The notes under the pieces are model-generated. The model was not told where the DNA came from and ran no database searches. It was given only the letters and a program-made list of their open reading frames with translations. Of a DNA stretch of 64,000 bases, positions 39,163 to 48,905 are shown piece by piece. The position numbers and the translations under genes were made by a program. The DNA is from Phycisphaerae bacterium (GTDB lineage Bacteria > Planctomycetota > Phycisphaerae > UBA1845 > Fen-1342): positions 1 to 64,000 of the forward strand of contig JASFQK010000002.1 in the NCBI GenBank assembly GCA_050115495.1. The letters run 5' to 3'. Within the stretch, counting starts at the first letter, position 1. Every line of letters starts with the position of its first letter.

Positions 39163-40494
39163 ATGCGCATCGGCGTGGTCGGCAGCGGCTGGGTCGGATT
39201 GGTGACGGGCACGTGTTTGTCGGATTCGGGCAATCACGTGATCGCCGTGGACAGTGATGCCCGGCGCGTGGCTCAGCTTTCCGCCGGCCATTGCCCGTTC
39301 TTTGAGCCGGGGCTGGCGGAGCTGCTGACGGACAACCTGCGGGCGGGGCGGCTGAGCTTCTCGGGCGAGGTGGCGCAATGCGTGCGCGGGGCGCACGTGG
39401 TGTTCATTGCCGTCGGGACGCCGCCACGTCCGGACGGGTCGGCCGACTTGTCGGCGGTGGAGTCGGTCGCCGGCGAGATCGCGGATGCGCTGAGCGGGCC
39501 GGCGGTGGTCGTGGTGAAGAGCACGGTGCCGGTGGGGACGGGGGCGCGGCTGGAGACGCTGATCCGCGCGCGGACGGCGCACGTATGCCACGTCGTCAGC
39601 AACCCGGAGTTCCTCAAAGAGGGCAACGCCGTCGACGATTTTCAGCGGCCGGACCGGGTGGTGATCGGGGCGGAGGATGTGGCGGCGGGTGACCTTGTCG
39701 CCGAGCTGTACCAGCCGTTTGTGCGCAATTACAAGCCGATTCTGCGGATGAGCCGGGCGGCGGCGGAACTGACCAAGTATGCGGCGAATGCGTACCTCTC
39801 GACGCGCATCAGCTTCATCAACGAGATCGCCGACATCTGCGCGCGCTGTGGCGTGAACGTGGATGAGGTGCGTCGGGGCATCGGGGCCGACGAGCGGATC
39901 GGTCACCACTTCATGTATCCCGGTGTCGGCTACGGCGGGAGCTGTTTTCCGAAAGATGTGCAGGCGCTGGCCAGCACGGCACGTGAGGCCGGCGGCACAC
40001 CCGCGCTGCTCGATGCCGTGCACGCCCGCAACGTCAGCCAGCGGCAGGCGCTGATCGAGCAGATTCGCGGGCGGTTGGGTGCGGACCTGCACGGGCGGCG
40101 GCTGGCGGTGTGGGGTCTGGCCTTCAAGCCGAAGACGGACGACGTGCGCGAGGCGCCGTCGCTGACGATCATCGAAGCGCTGCTCGCCGCGGGCGCCGAG
40201 GTCGCCGCGTACGATCCGCGGGCCACGGCCAGCGCTCGGACGGTGCTCGGCGAGCGCGTGACGTTCGCGGAGGACGCATACGCCGTGCTGAGCGGGGCCG
40301 ATGCCCTGGTGATCTTCACGGAGTGGAACGAGTTTCGCAGCCCGGATTTCGAGCGGATGCGGCGGGATTTGAAGCAGCCGCTCATTTTCGACGGACGCAA
40401 CGTGTACGATCCGGCAACGATGGCTCGGCATGAGTGGGAGTACTACAGCGTGGGGCGACCGCCGGTGCGGCCCGTCGCCGCCGGGCAGCGCTGA
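39163..40494 (+). CDS. ugd: UDP-glucose 6-dehydrogenase
   Basis: GSGWVG, KSTVPVGT, SNPEFLKEG, GYGGSCFPKD, GLAFKPKTDD. Confidence 0.95.
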   Translation: MRIGVVGSGWVGLVTGTCLSDSGNHVIAVDSDARRVAQLSAGHCPFFEPGLAELLTDNLRAGRLSFSGEVAQCVRGAHVVFIAVGTPPRPDGSADLSAVESVAGEIADALSGPAVVVVKSTVPVGTGARLETLIRARTAHVCHVVSNPEFLKEGNAVDDFQRPDRVVIGAEDVAAGDLVAELYQPFVRNYKPILRMSRAAAELTKYAANAYLSTRISFINEIADICARCGVNVDEVRRGIGADERIGHHFMYPGVGYGGSCFPKDVQALASTAREAGGTPALLDAVHARNVSQRQALIEQIRGRLGADLHGRRLAVWGLAFKPKTDDVREAPSLTIIEALLAAGAEVAAYDPRATASARTVLGERVTFAEDAYAVLSGADALVIFTEWNEFRSPDFERMRRDLKQPLIFDGRNVYDPATMARHEWEYYSVGRPPVRPVAAGQR

Positions 40495-40519
40495 CACCCG
40501 GGGGAGCGAGGTGTCGAAC

Positions 40520-41581
40520 ATGTCCAAACCCGCCAGCGATCTTCGCGAGATACTGGCCGGCCACACCGTCCCCGCGGCGGAAGAACTGGTCTTGCGGGAG
40601 GAGGGGGGCGTGGTGCGCTGCCAGGCGTGCGCCCATCGCTGCCGTATGCAGCCGGGGCGGCACGGCGTGTGCCACGTACGCTTCAACGAGAACGGCGAAT
40701 TGCGCGTGCCGAGCGGTTACGTGGCCGGCCTTGGCGCCGATCCGATTGAGAAGAAGCCGTTCTTTCATGTTTACCCTGGCAGCAACGCCCTTTCGTTTGG
40801 CATGGTGGGCTGCAACTTCCACTGCCCGTTCTGCCAGAACTGGATCACCAGCCAGACGTTGCGCGACGAACGGGCCGTTACCAGCGTGCACCCGGTGACG
40901 GTCGAGGATCTGCTGAGGCTTGCCAGTGACCATCAATGCCGGATGTTGATCAGCACGTACAACGAGCCGCTGATCACCGCGGAGTGGGCCGCGACGATCT
41001 TCCGGGCGGGCGCTGCGCACGGTCTGCGCGGCTCGCTGGTCAGCAACGGTCACGGCACGCCGGAAGTGCTGGCGTATCTGCGCCCGCACGTGGACTTCTT
41101 CAAGATCGACCTGAAGGCGTTCGACGACGAGACGTACCATCGGCTGGGCGGCGTGCTTCAGCACGTGCTGGACACAATTCGGCTGGCGCGGGAGATGGGC
41201 TATTGGGTGGAGGTGGTCACGCTGGTCGTGCCGGGGCTGAACGATTCGGATGAGGAGCTGAGGCAGATCGCCCACTTCCTCGTGGACGTGTCGCCGGACA
41301 TCCCGTGGCACGTGACGGCGTTTCATCCGATGTACCAGCTCACCGACCCGCCGGCGACGCCCGCGGAGACGTTGCTGCGGGCGCACGCGATCGGGACGGG
41401 TGCCGGGTTGAAGTTCGTATACGCTGGCAACCTGCCCGGGCAGCTCGGCGACACGGAGAACACGCGCTGTCCGCGCTGCCACGAGCTGCTGATCGAGCGG
41501 CGGGGATTCCGCGTGCTGCGCAACCGGCTGAAGGACGGGGCGTGCTTCTCGTGCGGGGAGGTCATTCCGGGAGCGTGGTGA
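40520..41581 (+). CDS. amrS: AmmeMemoRadiSam system radical SAM enzyme
   Basis: CxxCAHRC, DPIEKKPFFH, GCNFHCPFCQNW, TYNEP, YAGN. Confidence 0.9.
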   Translation: MSKPASDLREILAGHTVPAAEELVLREEGGVVRCQACAHRCRMQPGRHGVCHVRFNENGELRVPSGYVAGLGADPIEKKPFFHVYPGSNALSFGMVGCNFHCPFCQNWITSQTLRDERAVTSVHPVTVEDLLRLASDHQCRMLISTYNEPLITAEWAATIFRAGAAHGLRGSLVSNGHGTPEVLAYLRPHVDFFKIDLKAFDDETYHRLGGVLQHVLDTIRLAREMGYWVEVVTLVVPGLNDSDEELRQIAHFLVDVSPDIPWHVTAFHPMYQLTDPPATPAETLLRAHAIGTGAGLKFVYAGNLPGQLGDTENTRCPRCHELLIERRGFRVLRNRLKDGACFSCGEVIPGAW

Positions 41582-41661
41582 CGCGGCGGGCGGGTTCATT
41601 GTCCTCCGGCGGCGGGACGGTATGCTACGGCCCATCGAACCGCTAAGAGGACCGGAAGCGC

Positions 41662-42792
41662 ATGAGCTCGACACCTGACACGCCGCCGGCGGAAGCCGGC
41701 CAGACTGCTGCCGCCGGCGCGCCGGCGTCTCTGAACCCCGTTCGCTTGCTGCGCATCGCTGTCGCGGGCGTGCTGATGGGGGTGGCCAATCTCATTCCCG
41801 GTGTGTCGGGCGGGACGATGATCCTGGCCATGGGTCTGTACCAGGAGTTCATCGATTCGGTGGCGGACGTCACGCGGCTGAAGTTCTCGCTACGGCGGAT
41901 CGTGTTTCTGGGGGTGCTGGCGGCATTCGCCGGCGGGTCGATCGTCGGGCTGGCCGGGGTGATTCTCTACCTGCTGTTTCACCACACGACGGCGATGTTC
42001 GCGCTGTTCATCGGACTGACGCTCGGCGGAGCGCCGCTGCTCTTGAGGCTGCTGCGGCCGGTGCGGGCCGACGCGATCATCTCGACGCTGGTGGGCCTGG
42101 GGCTGATGCTGGGCGTGTCGCTGCTGAAGAGCGGGTCGGGCATGCCGCACAACACGGGGATGGACTTCGTCTCGGGCGTGGTGGGCTCGACGACGATGGT
42201 GCTGCCGGGCATCTCGGGCTCATACATGCTGTTGGTGATGGACCAGTACGAGCGTGTGGTGGGCTCGATCCACGACTTGAAGGACGCCGCGAAGAACCGC
42301 GATTTCGGCGCGGTGAAGGCGGCGATGTGGATCATCATCCCGGTGGGGATCGGGGCGGTGTTGGGGATCATCGCCTTGTCGAACGTGTTGAAGTTCCTGC
42401 TGCACCGCTACGCGCGGCCAACGGTCGGGGTGCTGCTGGGGATTCTGCTGGGGTCGGTGGTGGGGCTGTGGCCGTTCGGCAAGCCGCCGAGCGAGAAGGC
42501 GCTGGAGCGGCGCAATGCTGCTGAGCTGCGGGCGTTCGGGGAAGACTGGGCCATCCCGGGCGTGGCGAAGCTGGTAGCAGACGTAGACATCGAGCGGCTG
42601 AGTGACGCCGAGCAGGAGACGCTCGCCGGGCATTTGCGCGAGCAGATCTCCGAGAACTGGGCGAAGCGCGGCCAGTCGTCGTATTCGGCCGAGCGGCTGA
42701 TTAAGGCGGCGGTGGCGGTCGTGATCGGTTTCGCGGCGACGTTTTTGCTGTCACGCGGGAAGCAATCGGCGGAGGGGGCCGGGGCGGGCTGA
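41662..42792 (+). CDS. DUF368 membrane protein
   Basis: MGVANLIPGVSGGT and MVLPGISGS motifs. Confidence 0.9.
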   Translation: MSSTPDTPPAEAGQTAAAGAPASLNPVRLLRIAVAGVLMGVANLIPGVSGGTMILAMGLYQEFIDSVADVTRLKFSLRRIVFLGVLAAFAGGSIVGLAGVILYLLFHHTTAMFALFIGLTLGGAPLLLRLLRPVRADAIISTLVGLGLMLGVSLLKSGSGMPHNTGMDFVSGVVGSTTMVLPGISGSYMLLVMDQYERVVGSIHDLKDAAKNRDFGAVKAAMWIIIPVGIGAVLGIIALSNVLKFLLHRYARPTVGVLLGILLGSVVGLWPFGKPPSEKALERRNAAELRAFGEDWAIPGVAKLVADVDIERLSDAEQETLAGHLREQISENWAKRGQSSYSAERLIKAAVAVVIGFAATFLLSRGKQSAEGAGAG

Positions 42793-42801
42793 CACCGGCG
42801 G

Positions 42802-43842
42802 TCAGGCGTCGGCGCCGGCCTCGAAGAGCCGGGCGTATTCACTCAGGCAGAAGCGGTCGGTCATGCCGGCGAGGTAGTCGGTGATGACGCGGTGGGGGCT
42901 CTGCTGGCCGATGCGCCGGTGGAAACGGGCGGGCAGCAGGCGGGGCTCGGCAAGATAGGCTTCGAAGATGGCGGTGACGATGCGGCGGGCCTTGGTGTCG
43001 GCGCGCACCAGTCGCGAGTGACCGTACATGTTCTCCTTGAGGAGTCGCGTGAGTTGCTCGAACCAGGCGTCGAGTGCGGGCGACAGGTGCACGGTGGGGT
43101 GCGCGCCGCCGGCGTCGTTGGCGGCGACGTCGTCGAGGACGCGGGCCAGCGTGCGGTCGATCCAGGGTCGCACGTACCGGGGCCAGGTTTCGTCGGCCGG
43201 CGGGGCGGCGTCGGTACTCGTCCACAACCCGGCCTGGGCGACCTGCGTCGGCGTGAGCACGCCGGCGTAGAGGCCGTCCTGCAAATCGTGCAGGGCGTAG
43301 GAAACGCGATCGGCGAGGTCGACGATGAGGCCTTCGGGCGGGGCGGGCGTGCCGTCCTGCAGCGGGTGGGGGCCGGGGCGGTCGTGCGGCGTGGAGTGCT
43401 TGGCCAGGCAGATGCGCACGACGCGGGTCAGGTTGAGCCCGTGGAAATCCGGGTAGGGGTGCTCTAACTCCTCGACGATGCGCAGTGTGTGCTGATTGTG
43501 CTCGAAGCCGCCGTGGTCGTGGAGGCAGGCCGTCAGGGCGGCTTCGCCGGCGTGGCCGAACGGCGGATGTCCGAGGTCGTGGGCTAGGGCGACGACTTCG
43601 GCCAGATCGGGGCTGAGGCCGATCCGCACGGCGAGGCAGCGGGCGAGGTGGGCGACCTCGAGCGTGTGTGTCATGCGTGTGCGGAAATGGTCGGCTTCGA
43701 CGGCGACGAAGACCTGCGTCTTCTGGAGCAGCCGTCGAAACGCCGCGCAGTGGACGATACGCTGACGGTCGAGCACGAGCGGGGGCAGCGTGTCGGCCAG
43801 CGGGTCGACGTGGGCGCGCGACATGTCGAGGTCGCGCAGCAT
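42802..43842 (-). CDS. dgt: dGTP triphosphohydrolase-like HD protein
   Basis: DRQRIVH..AFRRL..KTQVF, RTRMTHTLEV, AHDLGHPPFGHAGE, DYLAGMTD. Confidence 0.9.
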   Translation of the reverse strand: MLRDLDMSRAHVDPLADTLPPLVLDRQRIVHCAAFRRLLQKTQVFVAVEADHFRTRMTHTLEVAHLARCLAVRIGLSPDLAEVVALAHDLGHPPFGHAGEAALTACLHDHGGFEHNQHTLRIVEELEHPYPDFHGLNLTRVVRICLAKHSTPHDRPGPHPLQDGTPAPPEGLIVDLADRVSYALHDLQDGLYAGVLTPTQVAQAGLWTSTDAAPPADETWPRYVRPWIDRTLARVLDDVAANDAGGAHPTVHLSPALDAWFEQLTRLLKENMYGHSRLVRADTKARRIVTAIFEAYLAEPRLLPARFHRRIGQQSPHRVITDYLAGMTDRFCLSEYARLFEAGADA

Positions 43843-44882
43843 CAGGCGTGCTCCTCGGCGGCGGCGAGCAGGGCGGTTGCGGCGGCGGCGGGATCGGTTG
43901 CGCTGATGATCGCCGTGCACGCGCAGAGGCAGTCGGCGCCAGCGCGGCGGAGCTCGGCGGCGCTGGCGGTGGTGACGCCGCCGATGGCGACGAGGGGCAA
44001 TTCGGTTTGTGAGCGGACGGCGCGGAGCGTGTCGGGGCCGGCGATGTGCTCCTGCGGTTTTGTCTCGCTGGGGAACATCGGGCCGACGGCGAGATAGTCG
44101 GGCTGCTCGGCGAGGGCGGCGGCGAACTGCTCGGGCGTGTGCGTGCTCTTGCCGACGAGCAGGCCGGTGCCGGCGATGCGGCGGGCGTCGGCGACGGAAA
44201 GGTCATCCTGGCCGACGTGGACGATGTCTGCGCCGGCCAGGCGGGCGATGTCCGGGCGATCGTTGATGGCCAGCAGCGCGCCGTGGCGGGCGGTCAATTC
44301 GCGGAGCTGTTGCGCTCGGCGGAGCAACTCGGCATCGGCGAGCTGCTTCTCGCGCAGTTGGAGGCAGCCGGCGCCGGCGTGCAGCACGGCGTGCGCGGTT
44401 TCGAGCCACGGTTGACGGCAGAGCGACTCGGTCAGCAGGACGTAGAGGCGCACGCCGCGGAACCGGTGCCGGAGCGTCCCGCGCAGCACGATACGCTGTT
44501 CGAGCTCGTAGGCGGCGTAGCGGAGCGTTTCGGCGGCGGCCGCGGCGGGAGCGGACACGAGCTTGCCATACTCGCCGAGGCTGCGGGCGGCTTCGCTGAG
44601 TCGGGCGAAGGCGGCGCGCACGACCTCCTCCGGGGCGGCGCGGTGCAATTCGCCCGCGGTCTTCACGTCGCGTCCGACGTCGCCGCCGATGTCGCGCGCG
44701 GCGAGGAGGCCGGCGGGGTCGAGATCGGCGACGACCTGGCGCAGGTCGTGGCGGCAGCGTTTGACGGCGGCGGCGGCGGCGCGGTCGTCGAGGGCGAAGC
44801 GCGCGTAGTCCTCGATCACCCGCAGCGCCTCGCGGGCCCGGTTGGTGTTGGCGTCGATGATGCGCAGGACGTCGGCGTTCAC
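43842..44882 (-). CDS. thiE: Thiamine-phosphate synthase with N-terminal ThiD2 domain
   Basis: RIIDANTNRAREALRVIED; QLREK, INDRPD, HVGQDD, AIGG. Confidence 0.93.
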   Translation of the reverse strand: MNADVLRIIDANTNRAREALRVIEDYARFALDDRAAAAAVKRCRHDLRQVVADLDPAGLLAARDIGGDVGRDVKTAGELHRAAPEEVVRAAFARLSEAARSLGEYGKLVSAPAAAAAETLRYAAYELEQRIVLRGTLRHRFRGVRLYVLLTESLCRQPWLETAHAVLHAGAGCLQLREKQLADAELLRRAQQLRELTARHGALLAINDRPDIARLAGADIVHVGQDDLSVADARRIAGTGLLVGKSTHTPEQFAAALAEQPDYLAVGPMFPSETKPQEHIAGPDTLRAVRSQTELPLVAIGGVTTASAAELRRAGADCLCACTAIISATDPAAAATALLAAAEEHA

Positions 44883-44951
44883 GTTCGGTTCTCGATGGAG
44901 CCCGTGTAGTGTAGTCGGGGGCGCGGGTCGCGACGAGTTGCGATGCGGCAA

Positions 44952-45380
44952 TCAGTGAGCGGCGTGGTGTCCGGCGGCGACGATGATGAGGTCGAGCAGG
45001 TGGACGACCGCCACGACGATGGGGAACGCCGTCAGGGCCACCGCCCAGCGGGCCAGGCGCAGGCCGGTGGCATAACGCCTTCGGCCGACCACTTCGCAGA
45101 CGAGCACGACCAGGACGATCAGGGCGAACTTGTAGACGACGATGCCGCGCAGGTCGTAGTGGCGGATGATCCAGTCGGCCAGGACGTTCAGCTCGGAGCC
45201 GTCGAAGTGCAGGATGATCCAGGTGAGCATCACGTCGAGCGACGCCAGGAAGACGAACCACGTATAGGTGCCGGGGTAGAGGACGGCCCGGGAAGGGGGC
45301 GCAGCGGCGGCGTAGGAGAGGACGGGCGGTGGGTCGGCGCCCGGTGGCGAGTTCGGCGGTGGGTCGCTCAGCGGGATCAT
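44952..45380 (-). CDS. Small membrane protein (DUF5658-like)
   Basis: LDVMLT...G.ELN.LA, three TM helices. Confidence 0.6.
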   Translation of the reverse strand: MIPLSDPPPNSPPGADPPPVLSYAAAAPPSRAVLYPGTYTWFVFLASLDVMLTWIILHFDGSELNVLADWIIRHYDLRGIVVYKFALIVLVVLVCEVVGRRRYATGLRLARWAVALTAFPIVVAVVHLLDLIIVAAGHHAAH

Positions 45381-45916
45381 ATTGGCCTCGGCGCGGCCGG
45401 TGCCTGGTCCGGCCACCACATTATCTTACGGGGCGGAGTCCATCGGAGTTATCGGGCCGGGGGATGAATCGCTGAAGAGGTGGGTGGCGCGGGGCCGGGG
45501 TGGGTCGTGGCGGGCACGTGGCACCGGCGGCGGCGTGCGGGGCAGGGCCGGTATTTGCCTTGCACGGCGACGCATCGGGCCGTTAGACTAAGATCGAGCG
45601 TTTCTTTTCGGGACGCACGGCTCCGAGGAGCTCGGAGAAATGTGTGCTGGGAACAGGGTGTGTGGGCCTGTGGGGGGCGGGGAAGAGGCTGCATGTTTTC
45701 AGTTCGAACGGCAGCGTCGGTTGCTCGATAAGCACTCCGGCGGTGCGCCGTTGGCCCCGTTCCATCCCGCCCGCACGTCGGTTCTATAATCGCGTGTGTT
45801 TGCGCTCGTCGCCGCACGGCCGCGGTGGCCGTGGAGCAGGTATTCAAGCTGACAGAGCCGGTCGTTCAGATGCGCTGGGCGTCGGGGCCGACGGGCTCGT
45901 TCACAAGGAGAGTGGC

Positions 45917-48712
45917 ATGAGGGCGTGTCTTCGTCGCCGAGTGTTGCTGGGCGTCGTGCTGGGGTTGATGCCGCTGCTGGCGGCCGCTGCTTCGCCGGTG
46001 GATGTCCAGGTCCTGGACAGCCGCGACAGCATTGTCCTGCAGTACACGCTGGGGGACTACCGCTCGGCGCCCGTCGCCATCGACGGCGGCGTGTACGAGC
46101 GGGTCTACTTCGACAGCGAGCCGGTGATGCAGGAGGTGGGTGAGCCGGCGATGCCGCAGGTTTGCCGCAGCGTCATCATCGATACGGGCAGCACGTGGGA
46201 CGTGCGCGTGCTGGATGCGCAATACTACGAAGTGCGGGCACAGATCGTGCCGTCGCGCGGGCCGATCTCGCGTAACGTCGATCCGGACACCGTGCCGTAT
46301 ACGTTCGGCGATGCGTACGGCACCGACGCCTTCTTCCCCGGTGACCTGGCCGTGCTCGGCACGCCCTACACGTTCCGTGACTTCGACGGCGTGACCGTGC
46401 AGTTGCGGCCGTTCCAGTACAACCCGGTCACCGGCGTGATGCGCGTGTACACCGACGTGACGCTGGAAGTCTATCCGGCGGCGCCCACCGTGCAGCCCGT
46501 TCTGGCGGCCACGCGGCAGGACAAACCGCTGAGCCGGGCCTTTTCCGAGATCTACGCCCGGCACTTCCTCAACTACGAGGTAGAGGACCGCTACGCCCCG
46601 CTCAACGAGGATGGTGAGCTGCTGATCATCGCGCACGACGCCTGGCTGGCCAACGTCGAGCCGCTGGTGACGCACAAGCTCGGTATCGGTATCGACACCT
46701 CGCTGGTGGGCGTGTCCACGATCCCGGGCGGGAACACCAGCACGGCGATCAAGAACTACATCCAGAGCGTCTATGACGATCCCGGACGGAACCTGGCGTT
46801 CGTGCTGCTGGTGGGCGACGCGTCCCAGGTGGCCACGCCGATGATCTCGGTCAACCCGTACACCGCCGCGTCGGATCCGACCTACTCGACGCTGGCCGGT
46901 ACGGACTACTACCCGGAGATCATCGTCGGCCGCTTCTCGGCCCAGTCGGCCGGAGACGTCGACACGCAGGTCCTGCGGACTATCGAATACGAGAACATGC
47001 AGGCGACGCAGCAGGAATGGTTCTGGCGCGGCACGGGCATCGGCTCGCAGTACGGCACCGGCGATGACGGCGAGTACGACTGGGAGCACATCGACAACTT
47101 CCGTGACATGCTGCTGGCCCATGGCTACACGCAGGTCGACCAGTTCTACGGCACGGGCTCGCCGACGGCCGCCCAGGTCGCTGCCGCCCTGAACGCCGGT
47201 CGCGGCATCATCAACTACTGCGGGCACGGCGGCACGACGGACTGGGGCACGACCGGTTTCGCCAACAGCCACATCGACGCCCTGACGAACGACAACATGC
47301 TGCCGTTCATCTGCTCGGTGGCCTGCCTGAACGGAAACTTCAGCGGCAGCACGTGCTTCGGCGAGGCTTGGTTGCGGGCCACGCACAACGGCGAGCCCAC
47401 CGGGGCGATCGGGGCCTACATGTCCTCGATCAACCAGCCGTGGGATCCGCCGATGGAAGGCCAGGATGAGTTCAACTACCTGTACGTAAACGAGAGCTAC
47501 CACACGTACGGCGCCCTGTGCTACGCCGGCAGCTGCTCGATGATCGACGACTACCCCGGCACTTGCACCTACGGCACGGGCCCGGGCACGTTCATGAGCT
47601 GGCACATCTTCGGCGACCCGACGGTGTGCGTCGTCGGCACGCCCCAGCCGCCCACCGGCCTGCGCGTGACGCCGAGCGGCGACCTGAACGCCGAGGGTCT
47701 CTTCGGCGGTCCGTTCACGCCGGACCACAAAGACTACTTGCTCGAGAACCTGGATCCGACGCCTCTGGATTACGAGGTGACGCACAGCGAGGCCTGGGTT
47801 TCGGTCACCAACACGAGCGGGACCCTGCCGGCCGGCGGGACGACCGTCGTGACCGTCTCGATCAACGCGACGGCGAACGGCCTGCCCAACGGCGACTACG
47901 CGGACGTCGTGTCCTTCGCGAACCTGACCGGCGGTGTCGGCGACACGACGCGCGACGTCACGCTGCGGGTGGGCGTGCCGACCGTCCAGTTTGAGTGGAC
48001 GCTCGACAGCGATCCCGGCTGGAGTGTCGAGGGTCAGTGGCAGTTCGGTCATCCGACCGGCCTGGGCGGGAGCGCCCACGGCAATCCCGACCCGACCGAC
48101 GGGGCCACCGGGTCGAACGTCTACGGCGTGAACCTCTCCGGCGACTACTCGACCACGCCCGGCGGGCCGTACTACCTCACGCTCGGCCCGCTCGACCTGA
48201 GCGACATGACCCAGACCAGCCTGCTCTTCGATCGCTGGCTGAACTCTGACTACCAGCCCTACGTCACGGCGACGGTCGAGATTTCGACCGACGGTGCGGC
48301 CTGGACGGAGATCTGGGACAACGGCAGCGACGAGATCGAGGACAGCGCCTGGTCCACGAAGACCTACGACATCGCGAGCTTGGTCGACGAGCACGACACG
48401 GTCTACATCCGCTGGGGCTACCGGGTGGGCTCCGCGGCCTGGGCCTACTCGGGCTGGAACATCGACGACGTGCGCATCAAGGCACTGCCCGTCGGGCCTT
48501 ACTACCTGCCCGGCGACCTGAACTGCGACGGCGCCGTGGACAACTTCGACATCAGCGCGTTCGTGCTGGTCCTGACCAGCACGCCGCCGGACTACCCCGA
48601 GTACTACACGATGTACCCGGACTGCAACCACATGCTGGCCGACATCAACGGTGACGGCGGCGTGGACAACTTCGACATCGGCCCGTTCGTGGATGTGCTG
48701 CTGTCCCCGTGA
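45917..48712 (+). CDS. Secreted C25 (gingipain-family) cysteine peptidase with propeptide, Ig/BACON-like, jelly-roll and dockerin-like domains
   Basis: Signal peptide; PFQYNPV propeptide; INYCGHG (His) and SVACLNG (Cys); C-terminal GDLNCDG..FDI / DINGDG..FDI; AAGGAG RBS. Confidence 0.9.
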   Translation: MRACLRRRVLLGVVLGLMPLLAAAASPVDVQVLDSRDSIVLQYTLGDYRSAPVAIDGGVYERVYFDSEPVMQEVGEPAMPQVCRSVIIDTGSTWDVRVLDAQYYEVRAQIVPSRGPISRNVDPDTVPYTFGDAYGTDAFFPGDLAVLGTPYTFRDFDGVTVQLRPFQYNPVTGVMRVYTDVTLEVYPAAPTVQPVLAATRQDKPLSRAFSEIYARHFLNYEVEDRYAPLNEDGELLIIAHDAWLANVEPLVTHKLGIGIDTSLVGVSTIPGGNTSTAIKNYIQSVYDDPGRNLAFVLLVGDASQVATPMISVNPYTAASDPTYSTLAGTDYYPEIIVGRFSAQSAGDVDTQVLRTIEYENMQATQQEWFWRGTGIGSQYGTGDDGEYDWEHIDNFRDMLLAHGYTQVDQFYGTGSPTAAQVAAALNAGRGIINYCGHGGTTDWGTTGFANSHIDALTNDNMLPFICSVACLNGNFSGSTCFGEAWLRATHNGEPTGAIGAYMSSINQPWDPPMEGQDEFNYLYVNESYHTYGALCYAGSCSMIDDYPGTCTYGTGPGTFMSWHIFGDPTVCVVGTPQPPTGLRVTPSGDLNAEGLFGGPFTPDHKDYLLENLDPTPLDYEVTHSEAWVSVTNTSGTLPAGGTTVVTVSINATANGLPNGDYADVVSFANLTGGVGDTTRDVTLRVGVPTVQFEWTLDSDPGWSVEGQWQFGHPTGLGGSAHGNPDPTDGATGSNVYGVNLSGDYSTTPGGPYYLTLGPLDLSDMTQTSLLFDRWLNSDYQPYVTATVEISTDGAAWTEIWDNGSDEIEDSAWSTKTYDIASLVDEHDTVYIRWGYRVGSAAWAYSGWNIDDVRIKALPVGPYYLPGDLNCDGAVDNFDISAFVLVLTSTPPDYPEYYTMYPDCNHMLADINGDGGVDNFDIGPFVDVLLSP

Positions 48713-48806
48713 TCGGGCAACCGCCGGTGAATTGAACGCCGGCCTGTGCTTAACATGACTGGCCCGGGTCCCCGGTTGCGTCCCGCGCACCGGGGACCCT
48801 TCTTGT

Positions 48807-48841
48807 TGGGCGCTGGGCGCTGGGCGCTGGGGGCTGGCGGC
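48807..48841. repeat. Heptamer tandem repeat (TGGGCGC x3 plus 2 degenerate copies)
   Basis: Read directly in the intergenic region. Confidence 0.6.
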
Positions 48842-48905
48842 GGGGGCGGCTATACTCTGGCCGGGGAGTCCTGACAGCGGCGGCCAGCCGCGAAAGGAGT
48901 TGTCT

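Noticed and set aside
44883..44951. Possible TPP riboswitch before thiE
   Set aside because: The spacer is too short and lacks the CTGAGA / CTGAT core
45866..48790. 974-aa minus-strand ORF (and similar ones at 29353-31740 and 56454-59237)
   Set aside because: Antisense shadows of the C25 peptidase, rpsA and gldG/DUF4340 genes
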